From the NCBI RefSeq assembly GCF_006345805.1, contig NC_043007.1:76880001-76944000 (forward strand): DNA of 64,000 bases, given 5' to 3'. The notes under the pieces were generated by a model, which saw nothing but the letters and a program-made list of their open reading frames with translations, searched no databases and was not told the DNA's origin. This DNA comes from Octopus sinensis. Taxonomy: Eukaryota. Position numbers and translations under genes: made by a program. Shown in pieces: positions 1 through 11,426 of the stretch (positions are counted from its first letter, which is position 1; each line of letters starts with the position of its first letter).

Positions 1-405
1 TCTCACTTTTCACAAGTAACTGTAAACTATTGTTTCGTTGTATTGAATGTAGTGCTTCTCCCTTTTGATACTAATCTGCATGAAATTGCTTCTGGCTCTG
101 TAGTACAAATGTCTCGTTTTCAAAAGTTCTGAATTAAAATCTTCCACCAAACCTTTGTCATAATTTATGTTACTAACACTAAGTTACTTTACTAAATTCT
201 TTGTTATATTTAGAATTAATTGAAAGAAATACAGAGCATCTCAACAGAAATATGATAACAAAAGAATTAAGCATACACACAAACTGGTTATGAGAAAGTT
301 GTTAAATTTTGTAGAGTTCTGTTCGTTTAACTATATTTTTCTAATATCTACATGTAAATTTATATGCATCCCAAGTATAATTCATTTAACTGTTCTTCTT
401 TTTAG

Positions 406-567
406 GATACTGTTGAATATTTAGTGACTGGTAACAAGATGCAAAGATGTAAGATATGTAAACAATTTAAGGTTGCTTCAACATCTGCTTCACCCAAAAT
501 GATCAGTGGACCCCAAGAGACCAGACAACTTGGAGAAATTGATATAGACCTTTCTAAACAAGAACAG
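406..567 (+). CDS. Gene A repeat exon 1 (54 codons, phase 0-0): DTVEYLVTGNKMQRCKICKQFKVASTSASPKMISGPQETRQLGEIDIDLSKQEQ
   Basis: Polypyrimidine tract plus tttag|GAT acceptor and CAG|gtaggt donor; 162 nt open frame; homologous to four downstream exons. Confidence 0.8.
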
Positions 568-739
568 GTAGGTTTATATCATATTTTATCTCTATCCAGA
601 TTAACGTTGTCATCAAGATCTCTTTCTTGTGTATGCATGTATATATATGCACCAAAAACCAAGGAACCATTTTTTAGGTATTCTGGGCCTAAAACAGGGG
701 ACTCGATGGCATCAACCAAATGTGAGATCCCAAAGATTA

Positions 740-2215
740 GAAATATCTTGCATAAAACCCTGTCAAGCTAACAAACCAAATTTCTCTCATAAGGACTGAA
801 GTTCACCCCAACACCACAAAAGTTGAATTTAAATGAGATGCAGAACAATGTCCAGGAATTCTATAGAAAACTTTGAGTCACTGAAGAAGTATTTGATAAA
901 GAAATTAATGATCATTCAATACTTCATAATAAAACCAACTATAATCTGACAAAAGGGAGAAACCAAACTCTGGATAAACTTCATGATTTGGTATCCAATT
1001 TCCCCTATAATTTACTCCCTCATTGGAAATTGAAAACAAATACAAGCTGAGAAGAATGGGAAATCATTAATGATCTCAAGGATGATTATAATATGGTTAT
1101 CAAACAAGCTGATAAAGGGAGTTCTGTAGTCATCATGGACAAGGACAATACATAAACACTACCCTAACCCTCCTTCAAGACAATACCTACTACAAAAAAA
1201 TCAACAGTCAATCTAAAATAATGACAAAGTTTACTACCCTCATCTATCAGTTCCAACAATATTTAATGGAAAAGAAAAATTTGACTGCAAACCCAGCAAC
1301 TTTTATGGACTTCCAAAAATCCACAAGAATGAAGCCATAAATGAAGCATGTAGCAGATATACTTCTTTAGTCATTAATATTCCACATCCAAGAGATCTCA
1401 AAGTGAAGCCAGTTGTGGCTGGTCTGTCCTGTGAGATACACAAACTGAGTAACTTCATTGACATCCTCCTAAAACCTATTCTTCAACATATGCTGAGCCT
1501 CACAAGAGATGACCTGAACTTTTTAAACCATATCCTGAACAAAACCAGCATAAACTCTCCTTTGGTCTCATTCAACATAATAAATCTCTACACCTCAATT
1601 CCTCATCAATACAGAATAGAAGCTATATAATTTTGGATGGAAAAATTCCCAAAGGATCCTGACCTAATTGGAAAAGGATTTATCATTGTGAAACTGAAAT
1701 TCATCCTAACTTCTTTAATTTCAATGAAAACACCCAAAGACAAAAATCTGTAACTGCAATCCAAATCTGATTTAAAAAAATATAAACTGCAACTAAAATC
1801 CTATAATAACACACCAAAAAGAGAAAACCCAGTTTATTCACGGAAAACAGCCAGAGACAACAGATATAAGTTGAAGAGTTTAAGTAACAGGCTTTGTCAG
1901 GGATTCAAAACTCCAAACTACTGTACAATAACACCTTACACCTCATATATATGTGTATGTGTGTACTTTTTAGCAATAGTCTTGAGACAGAGTGCCTACA
2001 AATAAGTTGTAAATATATTTATGGATATAGCCATATATTTAACCTTATTGTGGAATGTTTAAACTATCAAGATCTCTTTTTGTAGAATGATCTGAAGAAG
2101 AACTCAACTAAATTTCACCTGGTTATTACCATTGGTAATATCAGCTGTGTTTATTTTATCTCTTCTATAAACTGTTACGTGTCTCATTTTTTCACAAGTA
2201 ATTGTAAACTAGTCA
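740..2215 (+). mobile_element. Degenerate Penelope-like retroelement fragment
   Basis: GLKFTPTPQ (~790), IKQADKGSSVVIMDKD (~1100), FYGLPKIHK (~1305) and KPVVAG...LVSFNIINLYTSIP (1403-1630) are PLE reverse transcriptase motifs; many stops and frameshifts. Confidence 0.75.
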
Positions 2216-2829
2216 AGTTGTTCATCATCATCCTATCATTCAACCATGGTAGTGGTTGAATATATTCTTAAGTCCACCATTTCATCAATCACAGCAGCTT
2301 CCAAGCTTCACCACTAATTCAGTTCTCAACTAAATTGCAAACTGTTAATTGCTTTAAAGAGGACACCTCCTCAGCTACACTTTGGCCTAAATAGTTTGAT
2401 ATTTGGTTCAGTAGAAAAACAGTTACATCAAAATATCTGCAACCTCAAAGGAGGCAATAAGGCAGATATTCATCTTCAATTAACATAAATTTTTAAATTT
2501 TAAATTAAAAGTATACTTTTCTTTGGCTTAAATGATAGCAAAATGCATGAGGAATTCAGAATTGCTAGTTGCATTGAACAAAACTGAGTAGAAAATGAGT
2601 TATGAGATAAAATGTTACAAAAATTAATGTCAGTAAGTAAGGGAGTAACGCTTAAGCAATAAGAATAAAGAATATATTTCTAAAATGAATGTTTACATTC
2701 TAAGTCGGCGAGCTGGCAGAAGCCTTAGTGCATTGGGTGAACTGCTTAACAGTATTTCGTCTGTCTTTACATTTTGAGTTCAAATCCGACTTTGACGTAC
2801 GGATTCTCTTTTACTCTTTTACTTTTTTC

Positions 2830-3178
2830 AGTCATTTCACTGTGGCCATGCTGGAGCACTGCCTTTAGTTCAGCAAATCGACCCCAGGACTTATACTTTG
2901 TAAGCTTAGTACTTATTCTATTGGTCTCCTTTGCTGAACTGCTAAGTTACAGGAACGTAAACACACCAGCATTGGTTGTCAAATGATGTTGTGAGGACAA
3001 ACACAGACACACAAACATACACACACACACACACACACACATATACGACAGGCGTCTTTCAGTTTTCATCTACCAAATCCACTCACAAGGCTTTGGTCAG
3101 CCCGAGGCTATAGTAGAAGACACTAACCCAAGGTGCCATGCAGTGGGACTGAACCTGGAACCACACAGCCACTCCTAC
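2830..3178 (-). mobile_element. tRNA-derived SINE family A; further copies at ~6165-6550(-), 7700-8100(-), 9475-9850(-), 10265-10670(-), 11590-11850(-), 31400-32060(+), 35090-35475(+), 35533-35700(+), 36340-36790(+), 37845-38240(-), 46370-46770(-), 48740-49075(-), 50852-51220(+), 57105-57490(-), 61447-62030(+)
   Basis: Recurrent ggcgcaggagtggctgtgtggtaag...ggttcagtccc head (Pol III A/B-like boxes), ggcaccttgggcaagtg CORE-like segment, internal (TA/TG)n and cagcatggccgcagtcaaatgactgaaac tail. Resembles described octopus SINEs; subfamily not assigned. Confidence 0.85.
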
Positions 3179-4622
3179 ATTTAATTTATTTTTTTTAACT
3201 AAACACTTTCAAACTTCCGATACTAGTAGAATGTGTCACATAGAACAGGGTTTACTTTTAACGTTTTTGACAAATTTTGTATTTTAGAAGTTATTTCGTC
3301 AGAAGTTACAGAGTGACAATGGACAAATTCGTGTTTGATAAGTGCCAATACAAGAAACTCTCAGCTTTTGATTTACTCTCTAACTTCTGCTGATGATATA
3401 TATACATATTACACATATGTGTAAAAAAAATCTCATCACGCAATCGAACCAATGAAAGACCTCTACCAGTTGCTCGACATGCTAAAAATAGCAGCCAAAG
3501 TATCCCCCTATCTAAATCACATGAATATTAAAACTTATTTTATTATAGTTTACAAATAACCCTACTTATTTAAGTAGAATTTGGCTAATTTACTACCTTA
3601 AATACAGAAAAAAGTGATTAATTAGACAAACTTACAAATTAGCTGAACAGTTTTGAACAAATTTAAAAGATGAGAACTGTAAACGAGTGATAAATTAGAA
3701 GAACTGGCATTCTTTGCTGCAATATTTTAAGTAAAAGGTTTCTTATTCTTTACTAGAAGTAATAGCTTGTCCTATACTTTTACAGGTGTAATAACTTGTC
3801 CTGTACTTTTCCAGGTTTATAATCTTAAGAATATTTCTTTTCATGCTTGCATTTTTCCATGTAATAACATCTGCTTTCTATGCTAGTATAAGTTGGATGG
3901 TTTGATAGGAGTTGACAAGCCAGATGACTTTGCCAAGCCTCGCTGCTTGCTTTAACATAGTTTCTGTGGCTGGATACACTTCTCAGTGTCAGCTTCTTTA
4001 CAGAATGCAATGGGTGCTTTTTATATAGTACCTGCACCAGTGAGGTCACCAAATAACTTGCAAGACAAGTAATCCTCAACTAAGTGGGGGTTAGTGTTGA
4101 GGAGGTGGCTTAGTGCCAGGGGATGAGAGGTTAGAGTATGAATAGAGGTACAGAAATAGATATCTCGCCGTAAAAGAGATACATGGCTATCTCAGATGGA
4201 AAAAGAGAGGGAGGAGAGAGAGAAGATGGCGAAGAAGGTAAGTTGAGGTATATATTCAAGTTACAGGGAAATGCATACAATTGAAATGGTACAGGGAATT
4301 GGATGGGGTGATGTTGCAGGTAAGTTTATGAGAGTGCAAAAGGTGAGTAGGAGATAGAGGGGAAGAGAATGCAGTGAGTGAACATAGGTCGTGGGGGAGT
4401 TGGAAGATAAGTTGTGAGAGAGAGACTCATCAGGGACAGATTGTATGCAGGGGTGTAGACATAAATGACATGCCTTTAGGGCCTCATTTTTACTTAGATG
4501 GACGGATTTTAGTTTATTTTGTAGAATTCTGTTTAATAGCAAAAATAATGCATTTTCTTTAAATAGGCAATTCAATTTTTTTACAACCCAAGTTTAATTT
4601 ATATAAATTGATTTCTTTTTAG

Positions 4623-4766
4623 GATACTGTTAACTACACAGTTGCTGGTAGTAAGATGGAAAGATGTATGATATGTAATAATTTAAAACTTGCTCTAACA
4701 TCTGCTTCACCCGAAGAGATCAGTGAACCCCAAGAAATCAGCAGAGATCTTGCTAAACAAGAACAA
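4623..4766 (+). CDS. Gene A repeat exon 2 (48 codons): DTVNYTVAGSKMERCMICNNLKLALTSASPEEISEPQEISRDLAKQEQ
   Basis: ttttag|GAT acceptor, CAA|gtaggt donor; clear nucleotide homology to exon 406-567 with an in-frame 18-nt difference. Confidence 0.8.
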
Positions 4767-5912
4767 GTAGGTGAAATAAATTAGTCTTTTCAATTTATTT
4801 AACAAAGAGAGCTTTATGTTTTAACCATTTGCAGAGGTCAGTAAATGTATGGTTATTAAATGTACATTTTCAAATTCATTTACAAATTACATATGCAACA
4901 TCTTCATCATTATTTAACACCCATGTGCCATGTTGACATCGGCTGGACATCCACTACTACTCACTTCATACCCTGAGATATCACCTGAACACCACTATTT
5001 ATCCCTTTGGAGATGCTACTGATTCATTCTCACTCTCTCCTGTAAATGTGAGTAGTCCTGTAGTCCCTCTATAAGGACCAGCTCTACCAAGATCCTTTCA
5101 CTCAAACCTGACACTCTCACTGCTGCCAGTGGCACAAACATTAGTGCCCAGTAGATACTGTAAAGTGGTTGGTGTTTGAAAAGGCATCCAGCTGTAGATA
5201 CCATGCAGAAGCAGACATTAGAGCATGATGCTGTCTTTGAACCTATGAGATCCTGTCAGACTGTCCAATCCATGCCAGCATAGAACATTGATGTTAAATG
5301 ATGATGAAGTTATATATATATATATATATTTCAGGAAACATTTTAAACTCCAGGAAAGAAGTAATTAGTCAGTGCCCTCATCAAAGACGTTTCCTGCTAC
5401 AAGCTTGGGCTTCACCACCATTTGTTGAATAAAACTGTGACAGTATCTTTGAATATCACTATGATTGTAACTGATATAAGAGAGATAATACTGTCTATAC
5501 TGTAACACCTCTTGCATGGCCAGTCTAGATATATATCTTTTGTTTATAAACCTAACTGACCATGACATTTTTCTCTTTCCAGTTGTAAAGAGGTTATGTG
5601 TCTTTGACCATTTGAGTCTGATGAGTTGCCTGTATAGCTTTAACAATTAACTTCCTAAAAACATTTTGCTGCTCTAATCTTTTAGAGTGTGCTTCTTTTT
5701 CAGATATATGAACTACTGATGATTCATTACACTCTCTAGTTGCAGAGTGTTTTTCAAAAGGCCACTACATAGTCTGTGTTCTATCACTGTACTTCTGGCT
5801 CTGTGTTTCTACATAATCACAAAAGTTACTCTCTTGTATACTATGGAGTTATATGATCTTGGTTATTCTACAAAATATATATATTTATATATGTGCTTGT
5901 TTCATTTTAAAG

Positions 5913-6044
5913 TATCAAATACGTGGTAGTAATGTAGAAACATGTAATGCGTGCAGAGCCCTTGTGCCTTTTTCAACATTTGCTCAATCTAAAGAGACCG
6001 GTGAACCCCGTGAGATCAACATAGATGTTTCTAAACAAGAACAA
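5913..6044 (+). CDS. Gene A repeat exon 3 (44 codons): YQIRGSNVETCNACRALVPFSTFAQSKETGEPREINIDVSKQEQ
   Basis: ttttaaag|TAT acceptor, CAA|gtaagc donor; CxxC and EINID.SKQEQ conserved. Confidence 0.75.
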
Positions 6045-6750
6045 GTAAGCTTATAATCTTACATATTTTTGTCTTAGTTTGTATGGAGTGACATTATTAT
6101 TAAACATTAAAAGATATAAGGCTCTGGTTGGAAAAGCAGATGCTGTTAAAATTTTTATGTCGTTTACGTATTTTAGTCATTGGACTGTGGCCTTGCTAGG
6201 GCATTGAAGGGTTTAGTCAAACAAATTGAACCCTAGTACAATCTTTTTGTAAATATTAAATATGGTACTTATTTTATCTATCCCTTTTGCTGAACTGCTA
6301 AGTTGCAAACATATAAACAACTCAACACCAGCTGTCAAGTGGTGGTGGTGGGTGGTTGGGGTTGAGAATAAACACACACACACACAAGATGGACTTCCAC
6401 AATTTCTATCTACTAAATTCATTCACAAGGCATTGCTTGTCTTGGTACTATAGAAGAGACATTTACTCAGGAGGTGCCACACAGTGGGACTGAACCCCAA
6501 ATCACATGGTTGCAAAGTGAGCTTCTTAGCTTCTTAATCACACAACCATATTTAATATGTGCAAAGGATAATGCACATCAATTAAAAGTTTTTATTGTTT
6601 ATAATTGTGCAAACCAGTAATATCCTGGGGAAAAATTCATTATTTATCTGATGAAAGAGAGAGAGAGAGGGAGAGAGAAAGAGAGAGAGATTGTTATGGA
6701 TCTATTTTTACCTCAAAGATGAATGTATGTTTATTAAATGTACACTTGCA

Positions 6751-6954
6751 AATTCCAGGCAGTGACCTGAGTAATAATAATACCTTAGGAATGAGAACCC
6801 AGGTTGAAAATTTCCCCAAGACACCTGATGAAAGCTGGAGGGTATACAGCCGAAATGTTGTGTTAACAACAAACAGGATGAGGACAAATATCCATCAATT
6901 GTAAATAATGTAAATAATGTACATAATTCCTCATCTCTTAAATATAGAACTGTA
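6751..6954 (+). mobile_element. Short retroelement (family C): tRNA-head remnant, (AAT)n, body, minimal hammerhead and tail
   Basis: Shares attccag.cagtgacct-(aat)n and ccttaggaa.gagaacccaggtt...ccccaagacac with 58580-59480; its tail matches 57832-58020. Confidence 0.65.
6820..6864 (+). ncRNA. Minimal type I hammerhead ribozyme motif (PLE-type), slightly decayed
   Basis: GACAC-CUGAUGA-AA-GCUG(loop)CAGC-C-GAAA-UGUU-GUGUU; stem I GACAC/GUGUU; palindromic AACGUU decayed to AAUGUU. Confidence 0.55.
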
Positions 6955-6999
6955 CTTGTAAATTTGTCTAAAGCTTGTATGTAATATGTCTTATTTTAG

Positions 7000-7134
7000 G
7001 ATTCTGCTGAATATGTAGTGCCTGATGACACGAAGGAAATATGTGATATATGCAAAAATATGAAGTCTCCTTCAACACCCACTGCACCCACTCAACCCCA
7101 AGAGATCAACATAGACCTTGCTGAACAAGCAGAA
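7000..7134 (+). CDS. Gene A repeat exon 4 (45 codons): DSAEYVVPDDTKEICDICKNMKSPSTPTAPTQPQEINIDLAEQAE
   Basis: attttag|GAT acceptor, GAA|gtaagt donor; CxxC and PQEINIDL conserved. Confidence 0.8.
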
Positions 7135-7197
7135 GTAAGTTTATATTCTAACACAGTTGATCTAACTGTGCTTATAGTGAGTTTATTATTAAGTTAT

Positions 7198-7234
<37 letters not shown>

Positions 7235-7411
7235 AATTTTTTGCATAATAAGATAAAAAACTAAGGCTGTATAGATATTAGAGCATTTATAGATAGAAGG
7301 TCTTACAGCTGTTTCTAGGATATTTATTAATAATATCCCTTCATCGGAGACGGTGTACCTGACACCTTTGGGTCTCAATGACACCATTATCTCTCATGTA
7401 TACTTATACAT

Positions 7412-7445
<34 letters not shown>

Positions 7446-8097
7446 ATATATATACTGTATATATTTATATGTGTGTGTATATAATTTAAATAATGAGGGT
7501 GATAAATTGAATATTAATTCAATTAACATCAATTTAAAACCAGTAGCCTAGCATACAGAAAAATCTGAAAATTCAGAATAATTTTAATACATGCATATAA
7601 TAAGGGATGACCACTAAGTGTATAGTTCTATAAATTATATTGAATTGGAATGATTGTACTGAAGAGTCCATGGACGATGATTACGTATATATGCTCTTTA
7701 CTCTTTTACTTGTTTCAGTCATTTGACTGCGGCCATGCTGGAGCACCGCCTTTAGTCGAGCAAATCGACCCCGGGACTTATTCTTTGTAAGCCCAGTACT
7801 TATCCTATCGGTCTCTTTTTGCCAAACCGCTAAGTGACGGGGACGTAAGTAGACCAGCATCAGTTGTCAAGCAATGCTAGGTACAAACACAGACACACAA
7901 ACACACACACATACATATATATATATACACATATATACAACAGGCTTCTTTCAGTTTCCGTCTACCAAATCCACTCACAAGGCATTGGTCGGCCCGGGGC
8001 TATAGCAGAAGACACTTGCTCAAGATGCCACGCAGTGGGACTGAACCTGGAACCATGTGGTTGGTTAGCAAGCTACTTACCACACAGCCACTCCTGC

Positions 8098-8171
<74 letters not shown>

Positions 8172-8435
8172 GTGTTGTTTAATCCCTGCTCAACTCTGAT
8201 CAAACACACTTGTCTTACTGTTGCTTCCTGTTTCCCCCTTTCTTTTCACACTTTTCTGGTGAGCTGTAGGGCACATGAGCACTGGATACAATAATCTTTA
8301 AAAAATATACATTTGCAACAGAGGCAATATTAATACCAAGAGGTAATATTTATCCCTACTTAAACGTGGATGTTCTATTAGAACAAACTATACTGTGGTA
8401 GATACCATGAGAGAAACACTCATATGGGCTTTTGG

Positions 8436-8832
8436 TGCAAAATGTATACTTGTTTATATCACTAACAGGGGAAATAAATCCCTGCCATTTCCAGCACCAA
8501 GACCACCCGATCATGTTATTTTGACCTTCCTTGATCTTGTCAATGATGGAATAGACATTCGGCTGCTAGAAGTAGCATTGACTCATCTCCCTACCAGTGA
8601 TATATAGAATAACAGTTCTAGGATAGATGCTGGTGTCGCAATTAGCCAGTGAGCTTTTTAAAAAATGTATATCAGTGACAGAAGCACTGTTAATGTATAT
8701 ATCGCTGGCAGTTGAGTGTCCGTCATTGACAAGATCAAAGAAGGTCAAAATTGTATGATCTGGTGGTTTTGGCACTGGAGATGGCAGGGATTTATCTTCC
8801 TTCTGGTGATATAAACAAGAATACATTTTGCA
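8436..8832. repeat. Imperfect inverted repeat (arms ~8436-8616 and 8686-8832), probable old MITE
   Basis: Left arm tgcaaaatgtatacttgtttatatcac...gatcttgtcaatga is the reverse complement of the right arm with scattered mismatches and one indel. Confidence 0.8.
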
Positions 8833-9038
8833 ACAGCAGCCAATATGAGAGTGACTCTCATGGTATCTACCACAGTATAGCTTATTCTAATAGAACATCC
8901 ACATTTAAGTGGGGATTAATTATTGCCTCACAATAATCTCTCTCTCCCAATTTCTACACACACACATACACATGTGTATGTGTATGCATATGTATATGTG
9001 CATGGCTTTACGTGAACTACATATATATTTTATTTTAG

Positions 9039-9167
9039 GGTAGCACTAAATACTTCGTGACTAACGATAACAAGTACATTGATATCAATGCTGCTTCAAC
9101 ATCCAGAGTTGTCAAAGAGGTGTATCAACCCCAAGATATCAAAGTTCACTATGCAGAACCAGAACCG
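9039..9167 (+). CDS. Gene A repeat exon 5 (43 codons, CxxC lost): GSTKYFVTNDNKYIDINAASTSRVVKEVYQPQDIKVHYAEPEP
   Basis: tattttag|GGT acceptor, CCG|gtaggt donor; Y.V and PQDI motifs align with the other repeats. Confidence 0.7.
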
Positions 9168-10671
9168 GTAGGTTCATGATCTAATATATTCATATTCATA
9201 GAAACTTTTTTATTTACTTATTGTTATATATATTAGTTATTTATGGTTTTGTTATTTGGCACCAAGTGAGCTCTGATTGAGTAGAGCTATTATCAAAAGT
9301 TATTCCAACTGTGACCATCACCCATATTTTATTTCAGGTATAATGTATCTATTGTTACACTATTTAATGTTTAATATCTCTGAAGATGGTAGGGTGTTAA
9401 CTTCAGGGAAATTCGCCTGCAGTTTTTATGCAGGGCTATATTGAAGTTCCTTCATTGATCTTTTATCTTCTTTTACTTGTTTCAGTCATTGGACTGTGGT
9501 CATGCTGGGGCACCACCTTGAAAGATTTAGTCAAACAAAGTGACTTCAAGACTTATTTTGTTGATCACTTTTATTAAACCGCTAAGTTACTGGAACATAA
9601 ACAAACCAACACCAATTTTCAAGCAATGGTGAGAAACAAATACAAAGGCACAGACAGAAAGACACACACACACACATACACACACACACACACAATAAGT
9701 GTCTTTCAGTTTCCATCTATCAAATTCCTCTCAAAGCTTTGGTTGGCCAAAGGCTATAGCAGAAGACATTTGCCCTAGGTGTTATGCAGTAGAAGTGACC
9801 TCAAGACCACATAACTGGTAAGCAAACATCTTAATCACACAGCCACACCTGATGAAGTGTCTGTGTGTGTGTGGAACATCTGAGATCTTCATTAAGAAAT
9901 TTTGATGCTTAAATTTCAAGGATTAATTTGTGAGCTATCCTTGAGCCTCACAAAGTAGCTCAGCCTAACAACTGCATTAGTTTGCATTTATCTGTCATAG
10001 CTGCAACAGCCATTATAACCAAAGAGGCTTGTCAAATCCAAGATATCACTGTTCACTATGCAAGTAATCATTGAACATTGACTCCTTTTATATTCAAATT
10101 TTAAAGGGGTTAAAATCTTTTTCCTTCCACTGTGAAAAATAAATAGTATCTTGGTGTCTCTATGGTGTCAGTGTTATAGTGTATGTTTGTGGTAGCCATG
10201 GAATGTCAACATTCATACCCATGATGCACACACACATGCATGTATATATATATATATATATATCTTTTACTTGTTTCAGTCATTTGACTGTGGCCATGCT
10301 GGAGCACTGCCTTTAGTCAAGTAAATCGACCCCAGGACTTATTCTTTGTAAGCCTAGTACTTATTCTATCGGTCTCTTTTGCCAAACTGCTAAGTTACGA
10401 GGACGTAAACACACCAGCATTGGTTGTCAAGCGATGTTGGGAGGACAAACACTGACACACAAACACACACACACACACAACACACACACACACACACACA
10501 TATATACGATGGGCTTCTTTCAGTTTCCGTCTTCCAAATCCACTCACAAGGCTTTGGTTGGCCCGAGGCTATAGTAGAAGACACTTACCCAAGGTGCCAC
10601 GCAATGGGACTGAACCCGGAATCATGTGGTTGGTAAGCAAGCTACTTACCACACAACCACTCCTATGCCTA

Positions 10672-10714
<43 letters not shown>

Positions 10715-10814
10715 TTAGGGAGTATAACTCCAAACTTACAGGGAAAAATTCAATTTAGTATTAAATCAAATTTCACAATATAAATATATAAACACACACA
10801 CACATTGATTTTGC

Positions 10815-11000
10815 CATGATAGATCGCTAGCCACTGCACACATTTTTTTCTCTCCTTGTTTCTTTCTGTGTTCCTTTCTGTGAAAGAGCGTAGGCTCAAA
10901 ATGTTAAAGACTTTTTCAATTCACGAGCATTATACTAAGCCATCTGTTTGTCGTCTACGCCACCTGTCTTCATCTTTTTTTTTTGTGAATTCTCCCTATA
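10815..11000 (+). mobile_element. PLE-like 3' end with a degenerate hammerhead-like motif (10874-10909)
   Basis: CUUU-CUGUGAA-A-GAGC-GUAG-GCUC-AAAAUGUU-AAAG; ends in ctata(ta) like the 48530-48700 element. Confidence 0.4.
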
Positions 11001-11104
11001 GATATATATATGCACATATATAAATGCACACACTCCTACTCAGCTGATATATACTATCTTTTGAGAAATATTGAATTATAAAATGTAAAATCGATATTTT
11101 TCAG

Positions 11105-11410
11105 GCCTGTCATTATTGTTTGGTGGACGACATTGATGATCTCGTAGATGTTAGCAGTTCTTTTCTCACCTTCGAAGAGCCTTGTTGCTGTTGCAGTAAA
11201 CCACATAGTTTCGAAACTGAATTAACTCGGATCCTCGAAGATCATATTGCTCAGCCATGTTGTGCTCATATTGTAACAAGGAACCTAGCAAGCATGTGTG
11301 AAGACAACCTTCTTTCATGCAGTTCTAGTATATCTTCCATGGAGGACTTTGATTTTTTATTTACCAACCATGCAGACAGTTTTGATCTTAAATTTACAAA
11401 TATTAATTGA
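11105..11410 (+). CDS. Gene A terminal exon: ACHYCLVDDIDDLVDVSSSFLTFEEPCCCCSKPH...DLKFTNIN*
   Basis: tttttcag|GCC phase-0 acceptor in frame with ORF 11120-11410; stop followed by AATAAA at 11421. Linkage to the upstream exons is inferred. Confidence 0.6.
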   Translation, partial: ACHYCLVDDIDDLVDVSSSFLTFEEPCCCCSKPHSFETELTRILEDHIAQPCCAHIVTRNLASMCEDNLLSCSSSISSMEDFDFLFTNHADSFDLKFTNIN

Positions 11411-11420
11411 GTATAAAAAT

Positions 11421-11426
11421 AATAAA
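11421..11426 (+). terminator. Candidate polyadenylation signal of gene A
   Basis: AATAAA 11 nt after the stop codon. Confidence 0.45.

Noticed and set aside
424-771. 115-aa ORF as a standalone gene
   Set aside because: Only 406-567 is exon; the rest is intron read-through.
2092-2125. CUGAAGA hammerhead start at the PLE end
   Set aside because: Stem II and GAAA are too decayed to call.
5615-5650. Other CUGANGA matches (5615, 6647, 9849, 22872, 33858, 54547 minus)
   Set aside because: No stem II followed by GAAA and UH in the correct geometry.
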